Shown here piece after piece: positions 1 to 13,234 of a stretch of 59,352 bases of DNA; the first letter of the stretch is position 1; every line of letters begins with the position of its first letter. Both the position numbers and the translations under genes were made by a program. This stretch comes from Welwitschia mirabilis (Eukaryota). The notes under the pieces are model-generated. The model ran no database searches. It saw only the letters and a program-made list of their open reading frames with translations, and had not been told where the DNA came from. The stretch spans positions 17,946,294 through 18,005,645 of the forward strand of contig JBOZIK010000001.1 in NCBI GenBank assembly GCA_051453625.1. Direction: 5' to 3'.

Positions 1-2342
1 CTCCTTTGAAGAAATCCCCTTCTGAAACCCCAAAAGCAACATCTCTAGATGAGACTCTTTCATATTTGAAATGGATTAACTCTCGCACCAGGCGTATGAA
101 AGAAGCATTCATAGCAACTAAATATGACACTGTGAATACCTCAGCTAAAGGTACTAATTCTGTTCATACTGGTGGAGATAAAGAAAATTGAGAAGAGGAA
201 CCTAAAGAAGAAGAAGAAGAAGAGGAAGAATCAGATTAAATCCTTCTTTTTTTTTTTAGATCATAGTTGTGTTGTTCTCTCTTTTGCTTTTGTTATCAAA
301 AAGAGAGATTTTTGCTTGTTAGTGAAATTTTTTCTTCAGATGTATGCTCTTGATAAGCATTTCTTTTTTTCTTTTTTAGTTTGAAACTTTGTAATGGTTT
401 ATTTTGTTAATAAAATCTAGTTTTATATTTGAGCTAAATTCTTGCATTATTTTGGTATTTTGAGTACAATATATTTAGAACAGAATTAAAATTATCATCT
501 CAATTGAAAATGAGTTAAATTTTTTTTGAGTGCTTTTTCGATCATATTTTGCATTATCATTTGGTATTATATTGTATTCTCAAAGGATGTCATTTAAATA
601 TGTAATTCATAAGTGTTTTTTATCATTACTTTTGGTAAAATTATTTGCATATTCAAAACTTATCTCATTTAAAAGCCCTAAAAAAATTTTTGTCTATTCA
701 AAATGCCTAAATATGTTTCAAAATGTTGTCTTATCGTTATTTATTATTTGGTATCAACATAGGAAAAGAGAATATGATTGATAGTTATAACTATTTATCT
801 AGATTTTATTTTATTTGCCATTAATGTCAAAGGGGAAGAAATAATGGTAGTGTTCTTTCAAAAGTCTTTTTTAAGATATTGAGATATTGGACTTTTAAAT
901 GTTTATATATTTTACTCCTTGCTTGAATGTATATTTGCCTTGATGTAAGGGGGAGTTTTTATTTTTAAATGTGTGCCTAAAAGTATTTACTGAATAAGTT
1001 TAAATTATTTTAGATTTTTTAAAATTACTTAATTGTTTGCCATCAATATCAAAGGGGAAGATTGTTAGATTATACTTGTCAATTGATGTTAAAATAATTT
1101 CTCTGGTGTAGTGTAAATTATTACATATTATGTGTAGATGAAATTAAGTTTTACAGGTGAAACATTTAGATCAAAATGCACTAGAGAAACTACTCAATCA
1201 TGTTTACCTCCAGTGGGGGTCAACCATTTTAAAGAGGTCGACCAACCTGTGATCTCAAGAATCAATAGTCCTAGACTGATAGGAAAGGGGTCAACTGGAT
1301 ATTCATGGGGTTAACCAAATTTAAGAAGCTGATAGTCAAGTTCCAGACTGAGAGGAGAGGGGTCGACCAGATTTTCATGAGGTCGATTGAACCTAAAAAG
1401 CTAATAGTCCATAATTTCAAACTGAAATACAAGAGGTCGACCAGACCCAAGATGGGGTCGATCAAGTTCTCATGAGGTCAACCAAATTTTTATGGGGTTA
1501 ACTGGATGGTGCAGAAAAGCAAAAGTTATAAACATTATGTATTCATTACCTAGCCATTACCTAGCCATTTTATAGCCATTTATAGCCATTGAAAACGCAA
1601 TTCATTTGTAATAAATCCTAGTAATCCTCCATTATAAATAACTAGATAAGAGATGACTTAGAGATCTTTTGGTACTTTTCTAAATCAGTATATTCATTGT
1701 GGATCTGAAAGATCAAGTAGTGTTTTTCATTGGCACGTCATTGTATAGATTCATATCTGATTGAGGAGATCTATTCTTGGCAAAAGAACTTTACTCAGAA
1801 TTAGATCTAAGGACTTCATCATTGTCTTCTATTGGAGAAGAGCTTCATTCATTATAATGATACTAAATGTGTGATATCAGAGCTACCAAGGCTGCATTAC
1901 ATCACTTCTATTTGACTTCAAATGTTGAAACTTAGCCTATAAATATCCATTGTTAAAGGTTAAGACTTAGCCTACAAAAGTCCAGTGTTAAGGTTGAGAC
2001 TTAGCTTGTAAAATTCTGCTTGTAAGGGTTACAGGTGAACCTGACAAAACCTATGGAGTAACAGAGATCCGAGATCAAGCTTGGGAGAAGCTGATTATCA
2101 AGAGTGGAGTGGGGGAGTTCCCAAACCACTATAAATCCTGTGTGTATTAAAATTGATAGTTTATGTTTTTCTATCTATTGATTTCATTACTATTAGTTTT
2201 ACATTCTTGTATGCACATTATTAATTCCATTATTTCTTTATGTAAACTGTGCATAGATAGATTTAATTATCTTTTAGACATAAATTTTTAAAAGAACCTA
2301 TTCACCACCTCACCTTTTCCTTTAGGGTTCTCGATCCTATCA
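1..2342 (+). mobile_element. 3' end of a Sirevirus (SIRE, Ty1/Copia) LTR retrotransposon: 3' region with multiple PPTs plus 3' LTR
   Basis: Repeated polypurine tracts AAAGGGGAAGA (829-839), AAGGGGGAG (~947-956) and AAAGGGGAAGA (1051-1061), the last directly followed by TGTTAG. Multiple PPTs upstream of the 3' LTR are a Sirevirus hallmark. The ORF fragment at 6-191 may be the tail of the extra 3' ORF. Confidence 0.75.
1063..2342 (+). repeat. Sirevirus-type 3' LTR (family S1, copy 1)
   Basis: TG...CA termini (TGTTAGATTA...GATCCTATCA). Array of GGTCGACC-core palindromes at ~1215-1505, TATAAATA at ~1633, tandem GTTGAGACTTAGCC repeats at ~1925-2010, and a C-rich CTATTCACCACC...TAGGG motif near the end. 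Colinear with 2967-4282. Confidence 0.85.
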
Positions 2343-2966
2343 CTTGTAAGGATGTGTTTCAAGGAATTTGAAGAGGGTTATTAGGTGTATGAAGTTAATG
2401 AGTAATGATGAAATGATGAAGGACATTCAAAATAAGATAAAGGATAAGGATCAAAGGATCATGAATACGAAGTGAAGGGTGAAGAATAAAGATTATAAGG
2501 GATGAAAGAAGGCATGAGATCAAAATCTTACGAGTTTTTATAAGGATTTTGAAATTAAAAGTTGTATAGGATATGGATGGAATTGAGGATATTCTTCAAA
2601 GGACTACCTATTATTAAAAGGTTCTAGAGGTTATGATTAGTATGAGTTACATTGAAGCTAATCCCCTAGAGTTTGTTTTGGTCTAATGAAATCTCCTACA
2701 GTTCACTTAAGTCAATTATCATTATGAAAACTATAGGAATAGATAGATTAAAGATTGGAAGATGATTGAAATGGATTCAATGCCCGACTCATGGNNNNNN
2801 NNNNNNNNNNNNNNNNNNNNNNNNNNNNNNNNNNNNNNNNNNNNNNNNNNNNNNNNNNNNNNNNNNNNNNNNNNNNNNNNNNNNNNNNNNNNNNACACCC
2901 TTCCCCTTCAACAACTCGCCTACTGGATCGGCTGACTCGACTTGCTTTTCTCTATTTGCTATGCTT

Positions 2967-4282
2967 TGTTATATTATATTTGCCACTTGATGTCAAACTA
3001 ATTTCTCTGGTGTAGTGCAAATTATTACATGTTGTGTGCAGATGAGATTGAGTTTTGCAGGTGAAAGATTTAGACCAAAATGCACTAGAGAAACTACTCA
3101 GGTATGCTTACCTCCAGTGGGGGTCGACCGGATTCTAAAGGAGTCGACCGCACCTGAAGCAGTCGCAAAGAAATGAACTAAACCTAGAGGGGTCGACCGG
3201 ATTATAAAGGGGTCGACCGGATTATAAAGGGGTTGACCGAACTGTGATCTCAAGAACCAATAGTCCCAGACCAAGAGGAAAGGGGTCAACCGAATATTCA
3301 TGGGGTCGACCGAATTTTCATGGGGTCAACCAGACTTGAGAAGCTGATAGTCCATAGTTCTAGACCGAGAGACAAGGGGTCGACCAGACCTAGGATAGGG
3401 TCGACCAAGTTCTCATGGGGTCGACCGGATTTTTGTGGGGTCGACTGGACGGTGCAGATAAGCAAAAGTTATAAACGTTACGTATCCATTACCTAGCCGC
3501 TACCTAGCCGTTTTCTAGCCGTTTATAGCCATTGGAGATGCAATTCATTTGTAATAAACCCTAGTAACCCTCTGTTATAAAAAGCTAGGCAAGAGATGAC
3601 CTAGAGATCTTTTGGCACTTTTCTAAATCAGCATATTCATTGTGGATCTGAAAGATCAAGTAGTGTTTTTCATTGGCACATCATAGTATAGATTCATATC
3701 TGATTAAGAATATCTATTATTGGCAAAAAGAAATTCACTCAGAATCAGAACTAAGAACTTCATCATTGTATTCTATTAGAGAAGAGCTCCATTCATTTTA
3801 CTGATACTGAACATGTGATATCAGAGCTACTAAGGCTGCATTGCATTACTTCTATTTAACTTTAAAGGTTGAGACTTAGCCTATAAAATTCTGTTGTTAA
3901 AGGTTGAGACTTAGCCTACAAAATTCCAGTGTTAAGGTTGAGACTTAGCATGTAAAGGTCTGTTGGGAAGGGTTATAGGTGAACCTGGTAGAACCTGCAG
4001 AGTAACAAAGAACTTCGATTAAGGTTGAAAGAAGCTGATCATGAAGAGTGGAATAGGAGAATTCTTGAACCACTATAAATCCTGTGTGCATCTAAACTGG
4101 TAGTTTATGATTTATCCTCTTTTATTTTAGTTTTTCATTTCTCATATGTTCATTCTTGATTTCTTTATTTTTATATGTAAGTGATGATGAAATTATCTAA
4201 ATGTGTTTTTGAGTCTAAGTTTTTAAAAGAAACTATTCATCTCTTCCCATCCCCCCTCCTTTTATGGTTCTCGATCCTATCA
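2967..4282 (+). repeat. Sirevirus-type LTR (family S1, copy 2), orphan/solo without TSD
   Basis: TGTTATATTA...GATCCTATCA, aligns end to end with 1063-2342. No PPT upstream, no PBS downstream, and flanks TGCTT/CCATC do not match. Confidence 0.85.
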
Positions 4283-7200
4283 CCATCTGCATCATCATAA
4301 CTGTGAAATCCTTTCCTTTTAAGAATGCTATGCAGACCATGTAGACAAAGTAGAATGCCATGCTCTTATTACACATTGTGGCATCCTTCATGCTACAATA
4401 AATTCCATTCACTTATAGCCATGATTCCCCATAAATACATACTCTCCATGGACAAATGTAGAGGATGCATGCATTCTACTGAATAACATCATTTAGACTA
4501 CAATGTAGCCCTCCATAAGTGATTATTACTTTTACTTCAAAAATTTAAAACTAGATTTCTAGTTTGGGGATAGTGTGGTGGATCCAATTTTGCATAGATC
4601 TTTTATCTAATCATCAAATTTAGGCACAGGTTCATCATTTCATTCATTTTAATAGGAAATAATGCAGAAGGGTTATCCCATTTTTGTTTCTATTAATAGA
4701 AGAGAAGGAAGACTTAGATAAAATAGAAGTGGTACAATTATACATCAAGCTGATCATGATTAGAATCGAAGGTGACCCAATCAAAAATAGTACATATAAA
4801 CATGTTCCAAATGATGAGGAGCCCTGGTAATCACCAGCAAGTAAGTAAAGATAAGAAGCATCTAAGAATGCAATGAGATTATGAAGATCAGATGTATCTA
4901 GGAATGTAATAAGACCATGCAACATCACCTATAAAATTCAATGGATAGAATAATAAATGATGCAGATTAGAGTGTCTGTAGCCTTAGCACTACTACCTCT
5001 CACATTTTTTTTCATTCTTTCATTCTATATATCGTTGATGGATCTGATCTAAACTCCTCTTAAGTTTCGCTATGAAACTGACTTATGAACTTCTGCAAAA
5101 TCTAAGTTCTTCTAATTTCTTTCATTCTACCTGTGACATCACAAAAATGTCCCATCTAAAGTATGATTAGAACTTAATACTCATAATGCTTCCTTAGCAC
5201 ACACCTTAATGCAAGAAATTGCATGTGCTCCAATGTAGTAGGGTGCTACAAATTTATTTTAAGATCCTAACATAGTGATGTAATATTACATTAGGCTATT
5301 ATTTATGATTTTCATAAACTTATGTTATAAAAGATTATTCCCTCTTATTGGCTCAGGATGTGTAAAGGTATGAGGGGTCTCTTATTCTTGGTGAATAAGG
5401 TGACTAATGGATGATCATGAATAAGTAACCAAGGGATTTACTATTAAAAAGGAGGGGGAAAACATTAAATACCGATGTTTGTTTTGTATTACTACACATA
5501 ATACTATATTTTTAATAAATTATGAATTAGGTCAATATTTTTAGGGGTAAAAGTCTATTCCTCAAATATTGTTTTTAGGCTAGTACTCCTTCATGATAAT
5601 CCTAAGGCTCAATGTAAATGCTTTGTGCATTGATTTTTCTTTCTATATTAACTTGTATTAGTGATATTTAGTTAATATGTAAAAATAATTAGTTTATCTA
5701 GTATATTTATTATTTTACTAATTCAAATTATTACATAACTATTTGTAGAATCTTTACTATAATTTTATAGTGAAATTTAAATTTCCAGAATAGAGGCATA
5801 GGTTAAGAATACCATAGCTCATTAAATAATAGTTATAAATTACTAAATTTTTTCATATAAGTCTAGTATTATGTTATGATCGTGAAAATTTAAAAACAAT
5901 AATTTTTCTTATTCATAATAATATTTAAGAAAATTATTTATGAAACTAGATTAGGAACTAATTACAAAAATAAGTAAGCAATTAATTTACATTTTTAAAA
6001 CTAACCATTAAGCTGGCTAAAAACTTGAGCACTATAAATAGTAGAAAATTAAATATTCTTTTCAAAATATTTTGAATCATATAAAAACTCAAAGTATTTT
6101 GAAATCTGTGATCATTCTAGTGTTTATGATAGGGTTATAATTTTAGAAAATTTGATAGTTTTTAACCAATCATGACCTTAAATATAATATTTTTAGAATT
6201 CAAAAATCACTTAAATTAGTTTCTAAGGACCCTATTATGCATTTAATATATGAAAAACTACTATACTTTTTTTCTTCATTATTAATAAATTTTTAATTAT
6301 AGTATCTTCTTATAGCCCAAAAACATTATAATTAATGTCTTAAATTATAGAAAATTTATTAAATAAAATGATATAGGTAATTTAACTACATAAGATATTT
6401 TTTATTAGTAACCTTATGTTACATTACTTAAGAATAATATTTGTTAGGATAAATAATTCTTTTACTTTTTTCTTTTATCTTAGTTTGATTATGCATGCTT
6501 ATAAGGGTTTTCACCTTAGTAGTTTAAGTAATATGATTAGTCCTTAATTTATCACTTTTTTCCTCACTTATCACATAACCATATGAGTCTTGGATAAGAT
6601 TTATATCTTAATAACCAAGCTTGAGCTATACTTTTTTTTTTTTTTTTTTTTTTTTGAAATCTTCGTTGCATATACCCATGGATATTTTCATATGATAATA
6701 AAAGAAGGATTTTAGGATTAGCATAGCTCTAGGTATGGATTAGTTTCTTTAAGGATAATATTAATATGCAATTTGATACATTTTGAATATTTTGATTATT
6801 CTTAGAAAAAATGAAAAGAACATTTTTTTAATTTATATTTTCATTACTATAATCTTGAATATAAAGATGTTCTAGTATGCTTATTTTCTATTTTCTATGA
6901 CTGTTTCTAAACATTAACTCAATAATGATTAGACTTATTATAACTAAGTAAATTATTCCTTAAATATCCACATCAGTTAGATTATATGCATGCATTTGTG
7001 TGGTGTATTGATCGAATGAAACTAAATAAAGATAATCCTAAAAATGATCATTCTCGTATTTGAATTTCATGACCAAGGTAGGTTGCATTGTATTCTTTTT
7101 ATAATATGCTTCTAAAAGTAAATTTGATCACCACTCTCCTATCCTACCTATGTATGAACTTCATCTTAATATCCTATGCTCTTAACATTAATGGATCACA

Positions 7201-8899
7201 TTCTTCCATCTAGAGATGTCTCAAGAAAGCAAGGATTATTTGTAAGCATGCATCCATCTCATGCAGTACTTGTCACTTGTATTTAAGGTATATCAAGGTG
7301 ATATGTAAGTCTATAAGTTCAGCTCATTCATGTTTGTATAGTTTAAAACCTAAAGTAGAATCAACTTGCATCTAGAGGATGGTCTGATATCAAGCTAAAA
7401 TGCCACTAATAGCAGTTGTAGCCTACTATTATATTAGTTAAGTATTATCCTCAAACTTATCCATATATGTTTTAGAATAAGTTTACATATGCTCAACTAT
7501 TTATAACATATTTCTCTATGTAATAAAAAACCAGGAAGAAATAGAAGGCATAACCTTATGATATCACTATTGTTTATTAAATAAATAACCTATAAATTAA
7601 TTATAGGTAAATATATGATAATAATATGATTTATTTTTCTTATAATATAAAAATACTAACAAATAGACAAGTAAATATTGATCCCACATTTCATCGTATC
7701 TATTAGTTAATAATATTAAAGAAGAAAGGAAGGAAAGAAGGGGAAAATATACTTAATGAGAGAAAGAAAATTTAGAATGTTACATAATGATATCAAAGTT
7801 CTAGATTAACTTAAGTAATACCTATATTAAGAACTTATAAATTTATGAAAAAATAAATCTAGTCATATATTTAATAACCTTTCTTCCTAATAATCATAAG
7901 ATGGGTTATAACCATAATAATCTTAATTCCTAGTATCTATAAAGTTAATTATATTCCTAACATTTCTAAACCTTAAATAAAATCAATTATATTCTTTATA
8001 ATACTATATTCCATGATAATCCTAACTCTTATATAGGCATGAATTTAATCATATGTCCCAACAGTCATGAATTTGATTACCCTACTCTCTAAAAGAATAT
8101 TAAATCACATCCATGTTAATTTCAATAATTATAAATATTAGACTAGTAATTTTCTTATCATCTTAATAATCCTAGAAGTTAATTATAAGTTGATAGTTTC
8201 AAGGTATTTATAAGGTTAACTATAACCCCAACTTCTAGATGATTATTATGTTAATCATATTCATGATAATTCTAAATTCTTAAACAACCTTAAAAGGATG
8301 ATGAATTCAAGTCACTAAAAGCTTTACTACCTTACAACTATAGATAATAATCATTTAGAATAATTATGATTATCTTAATAATTTAGAACAATAACCTTAT
8401 GTGATTTTTCAAAGAGCTTAACATTTTGCAAGAAATATAAATACATAAAATTATGTCTTATAATTAGATACCCTTGCAAATAATCAAACCTCTGACCAAG
8501 TTATTTATCTTGACTTATATGATTACATAACCTTAAAGTAAGACTCCAAATTCATAACTTCTAAACCTACTAAATCTTATCTATTTAAAATAAAAAATGG
8601 GATAAACTTTATTATGTATAAATTAGGACTAATTACTTCCTAATAATAACCATATCCTTCCTAAGATCATAAAAATATTTCTAAGTTTAACCTTTATTAA
8701 TATTTTTCCTATTCTCAAACAAAATCTTATAATAATTTCCACTTCTTTCAGATGTCTTGTCATCATTAGTTAAACCTTAAAGCCAAGTCAGTTGCATTAA
8801 CTAATAAAGACCAAGAGAATTTACAATAACATTAGTAATCTAATGATGAAAATAAAACCCGATTCAACCTTAATCTAGAGCATTAATAAATGCATTCAT

Positions 8900-11800
8900 G
8901 TAATTTCTATTACAAGTAGTAAATAAAGGTCAAACTCACAAGTAAATAACGATGTTAGTTAACCTAATGAAGTGGGTATGAGAAAATTAATTCAAATTTT
9001 TATTAAGCTAAACTTACCAAAGTTTATAGGAGGTTCAAACCCATCCAAAGTAGAAACATTAATAAGTGATGTTAAAAAGGTTATAGGTACTTTAGGACAT
9101 GATAAATACAAAAAGGCTTCTTTACCTATTTATATGTTATAAGGAAAAGTAACCTATGATGAAAATGAAAATGATTAAGTTAGTAGATTCAGAAATTTCA
9201 TGGAGGAAATTTCAGCACATCTTTAAGGATAAGTATATTACGAAGTTCCATATTCATTAGAAAGGTACAAAATTCTACAATTTAAGACAAACCCATAATT
9301 TAAAGATCACATATTATGAGTGAAAATTTGTAGAATTATTAAGATATTTATCATATATGCATCTAGATTAAGAAGCTAAAGAAAATTTCTTTATTCATAT
9401 TCCTCTTCCTTTTGTTGCTACCAAGGTATCCATGTTTCAACCTAAGAATTTAGCAGAGGCTATAGAAAAGGAAAAGACTGTAGAATAGAACTAACATAAA
9501 TAATCAAAAATTATGAAAAGAATTCCTACATGGAGACATATCCTTAAACAAAACCAATCAAAAATGTCTTATTCAAATAAGAATTAACACTTCAATAAAA
9601 ATAATATCAATAGAAATAATAATAGAAATAGTAATTTTAATCAATCTAAGAAGGCTTTGTTGGGAAAAAAAAGGAATGTTCCTAATCAAAGCTATGTAAG
9701 TAATTCACCTTAAAGATTCAATTTCAAATAAATTCCTAGTTAGTATTAGTACCAAAACTAGTATAATAATGAAGATAAATGCTTCTAATGTAAGGGAAAT
9801 CCTAAAGTGAAATAATGTTCAATATATAGGAGAGACCCCCTAAATAACAACCAAAAAATCCTCAATGATCAAAAAGCATTCCTTAATCAATAAGACAACT
9901 TCAAGTAGTAGTAAATAATCAAATAGTATAATTTTAAATCTATATCATAAAAGTAAGACTTTAATTAATAATGAAGAAGTAATTATTTTATTTAATGACA
10001 TAAAAACTCATTATGTCATATCTACTAGGATTATTGTAAGAGAAAAATTATCTTATGCTCTAATTAAGGAATGCATAGATCCAGCAAATGGGTCCATGTT
10101 GAAGGTCAATTAGCAAGTCCAAAATTGTACTTTATCTATAAGCAAGGAATATTTTTAGATACAACCAATTTTTATTAACTTAGGAAAATATGACATTAAT
10201 TTGAGTATGAATTGATTGATATAGAAAAGAGAACTTATAAATTAGGAAAAGCATTGAGTAGAAATGATCAATCATGACCAAAGACTAATTTTTTAAGATC
10301 ATGACAAATTAGTAGTGGATAATTTAATAAAAAGTATATAAAATGAGAAATTAAGAGGGGATTACTATTTTATATGTTATACCTAAAATCAATTAGCTTA
10401 AAGGAAGGAAAAACTTGATTATAGAATATACCAACAATTCATGAATATCTCAATGTATTTACAACAAAATTACCAAGAATGAAATTACTTCAGAAAGTTG
10501 AGTTTTCTATTAAATATATGCTAGGAATCTAATTAGTTTCTAAGGCACCATATAAAATGTCTCCTATAGAAATGAAAAATTAAAAATTTAGATTGAAGAA
10601 CTCTTATAAAAAATTTTAATTTATCCTAGTATATAACCATGGGAAGCACTTGTATTATTTGTAAAAAAGAAATACTAAGATTATACATTGATTATAGATA
10701 GTTAAATAAGATTAACATTAAGATTAAGTATGTGCTACCAAGAATAAATGACCTTTTTAATTAGCTCAAGGAAACTAAGATACTTTCAAAAGTTGATATG
10801 AAATTTAGATATCATTAAATTTGAATTAAAAAAGAAGATATTCATAAAATAATATTTAGAATTTATTATAAGCATTACATGTTCACTATTGTGCCTTTTA
10901 GTTTAACTAATACCCTTATAGTATTTATGAGTCTTATGAATTACATATTTCAACCACATCTTAATTCCTTTGTAACAATATTTATTGATGGTATCCTCAT
11001 TTATTCCGAGACCTATAAAAAGTATAAGGAACACTTAAGAATAGTATTATAAACTTTATGAAATTATCAATTATATGATAATATGGAAAATTTCCCTTTT
11101 GGAAGGAATCCATTCAATTTCTAGGTCATTTAGCATCCAAGGAAGGTATTTGAATTGATCAAAATAAAGTTAGAGTAATTTTGAAATGGAAAACACCTAT
11201 AAATATTACTGAGATTGGAAGTTGTCTTGGTCTTATTGGGTACCATTGTCAATTCATCTTCAACTGCCCTAAGATAGCTTCTCTATTAACAAGCCTTTTA
11301 AACAAAAATAAAAATTGTAATGGATAGAAAAATGTCAATAGTTATTTAATCATCTTAAAGAATGCTTACCTAGGGCTCTAGCCTTAGTAATACTAGATGA
11401 TTCAAATATCTTTTTAGTTTATACTGATTCATTTGGAGAAAATCTTAGAATAGTTCTTGAATAAAATAAAAAAGTAATAGCTTATAAATCAAAACAACTT
11501 AAAAATCATGAGAGAAATTATTCTATTCATGATCATGAATTAGCTATAATAGGTTTTTCTTTAAATTTGCGAAAGCATTATTTCTATGATGTAAAGTTTC
11601 AAGTTTGGACAGATCATGATATTCTAAAATATGCTTTTACTTAACTAAATTTAAATCTTATGTTAAAAAGATAGATGAAATTTTTATGTGATTTTAATCT
11701 AGATATTTTATATCATGAAGGTAAGGGAAATAAGGTTACAAATGATCTTAGTAGATGAGGTTATCTTAAATTACTTATTTTAGAGAGATAGAAAAATGAT

Positions 11801-13165
11801 GAAATTATCAAAAATTAAAGAACTAATTATAAAAATCAATATATTTTTAGAGAATCTTAGTATTAATTTAGATGGTATTATTAGATTCAACAAAATATTT
11901 TTAGTTCACAATGTTGATGGAACTAGATATAAGTTAAGTTTGAATTTCATAATCCATCTATAGCAGGTCATCCTAGAGTAACTAAAATGTATCAAAACAT
12001 AAAATAAAAATTTTGATGGCCAAGATGAAAAAAGATATAGTAGAATTTATGTTATGGTATTTCAATTGTTAATAAGTTAAAGTAAAACATATAAATCTAG
12101 CAAGATTACTTTCTCATCATGATATTTTAGAATATAAATGAGATATGATTTGCATGGACTTTATTTTAGGGCTTCTAAAAATACAAAAAGGTAATAACTC
12201 TGTCATGGTAACAATTGATAGAGTAACTAAGTCAGTAAATTTTATTTTAGTAAAATCCACTTATAGTGTCAAGGATATGGATAAATTATATATTTAGAAT
12301 GCTATTTGAGTTCATGATATGCCTTTAGTAATCATCTCTAATAGAGATTCAAAATTTACTTCTAAGTTTTGAAAAGAATTATAAATGAGTTTAGAAACTA
12401 AATTAAATATGAGCACTACATTTCATCCTCAAACAAATGGTCAAGAAGAGTTAATCAAATTTTAAAAAGACTTTCTTAAAGCATGTATTTTAGACGATCC
12501 TAAGAATTGGGAAGAGTACCTCTGATTAATGAAATTTGCATATAATAATAGGTATTGGAGTGTAATTCTAATCATTCCATTTAAAACCCTATGAGGTAAA
12601 AAGTGTAGAGCACTCACTTCATGAACAGAATCTAAAGAGAGATTGATTCTAGGACATAAATATTATAGGAAATGGAACGTAAAATTATGATTATTAAGAA
12701 TAAACTTAAAGAATTAGCAATAGATAAAAGATGGATGCAGACCGTTAAAGAAAAAATCTTTAAGTTCAAAATAGTTGATCATGTATTTTTCAAAGTATCA
12801 CCAAGTAAATCAATAATGAGAGGAATTAAGAGAATAAAATTAACTCCTTAATTCATTGGACCATTTAAAATATTATAAATAATTAGATCTATTTCATGTA
12901 AGATTGCTTTACCTTCTCGATTGCATGATGTTTTCCATGTAAGTATGCTAAGAAAGTATATAGGAGATTCTTCTCATGTGTTAAATTGGTCTCATATTCA
13001 GGTGAAACTAAAAAGCCAAAAATAATGCTATACTTATAAACTATTAATTTAATAAATAGGGACATCCATCAAGTGAAGCTAAAATGGAGTAATCATAGTG
13101 TTGATGAAGCTAGTTAGAGTCTCAAGGAAATAATGTAAAATCAATACCTAAATTATTTTTGAATC
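8900..13165 (+). pseudogene. Gypsy gag-pol pseudogene (RT, RNase H, integrase, chromodomain)
   Basis: Manual translation gives YIDYR*LNK (~10684), FIDGILIYS (10981, decayed RT DD motif), VYTDS (~11419), YSIHDHELA (~11519), AGHPRVTKMY (~11963), FHPQTNGQ (12421), FIGPFKI (~12853), HDVFHVSML (~12925) and chromodomain VKLKWSNHSVDEAS* (~13073). Many stops and frameshifts. The 5' boundary is approximate. Confidence 0.9.
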
Positions 13166-13234
13166 TTACAATATGTATTTAAACTTTTTATATATTTAAA
13201 TTCTTAGGAGGAGATCAATTTGAATGGGGAAGGA

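Noticed and set aside
3115-3450. Regularly spaced palindromic repeats resembling a CRISPR array
   Set aside because: The repeats are ~10-12 bp, the spacers are related to each other, there are no cas genes, and they lie inside a plant LTR.
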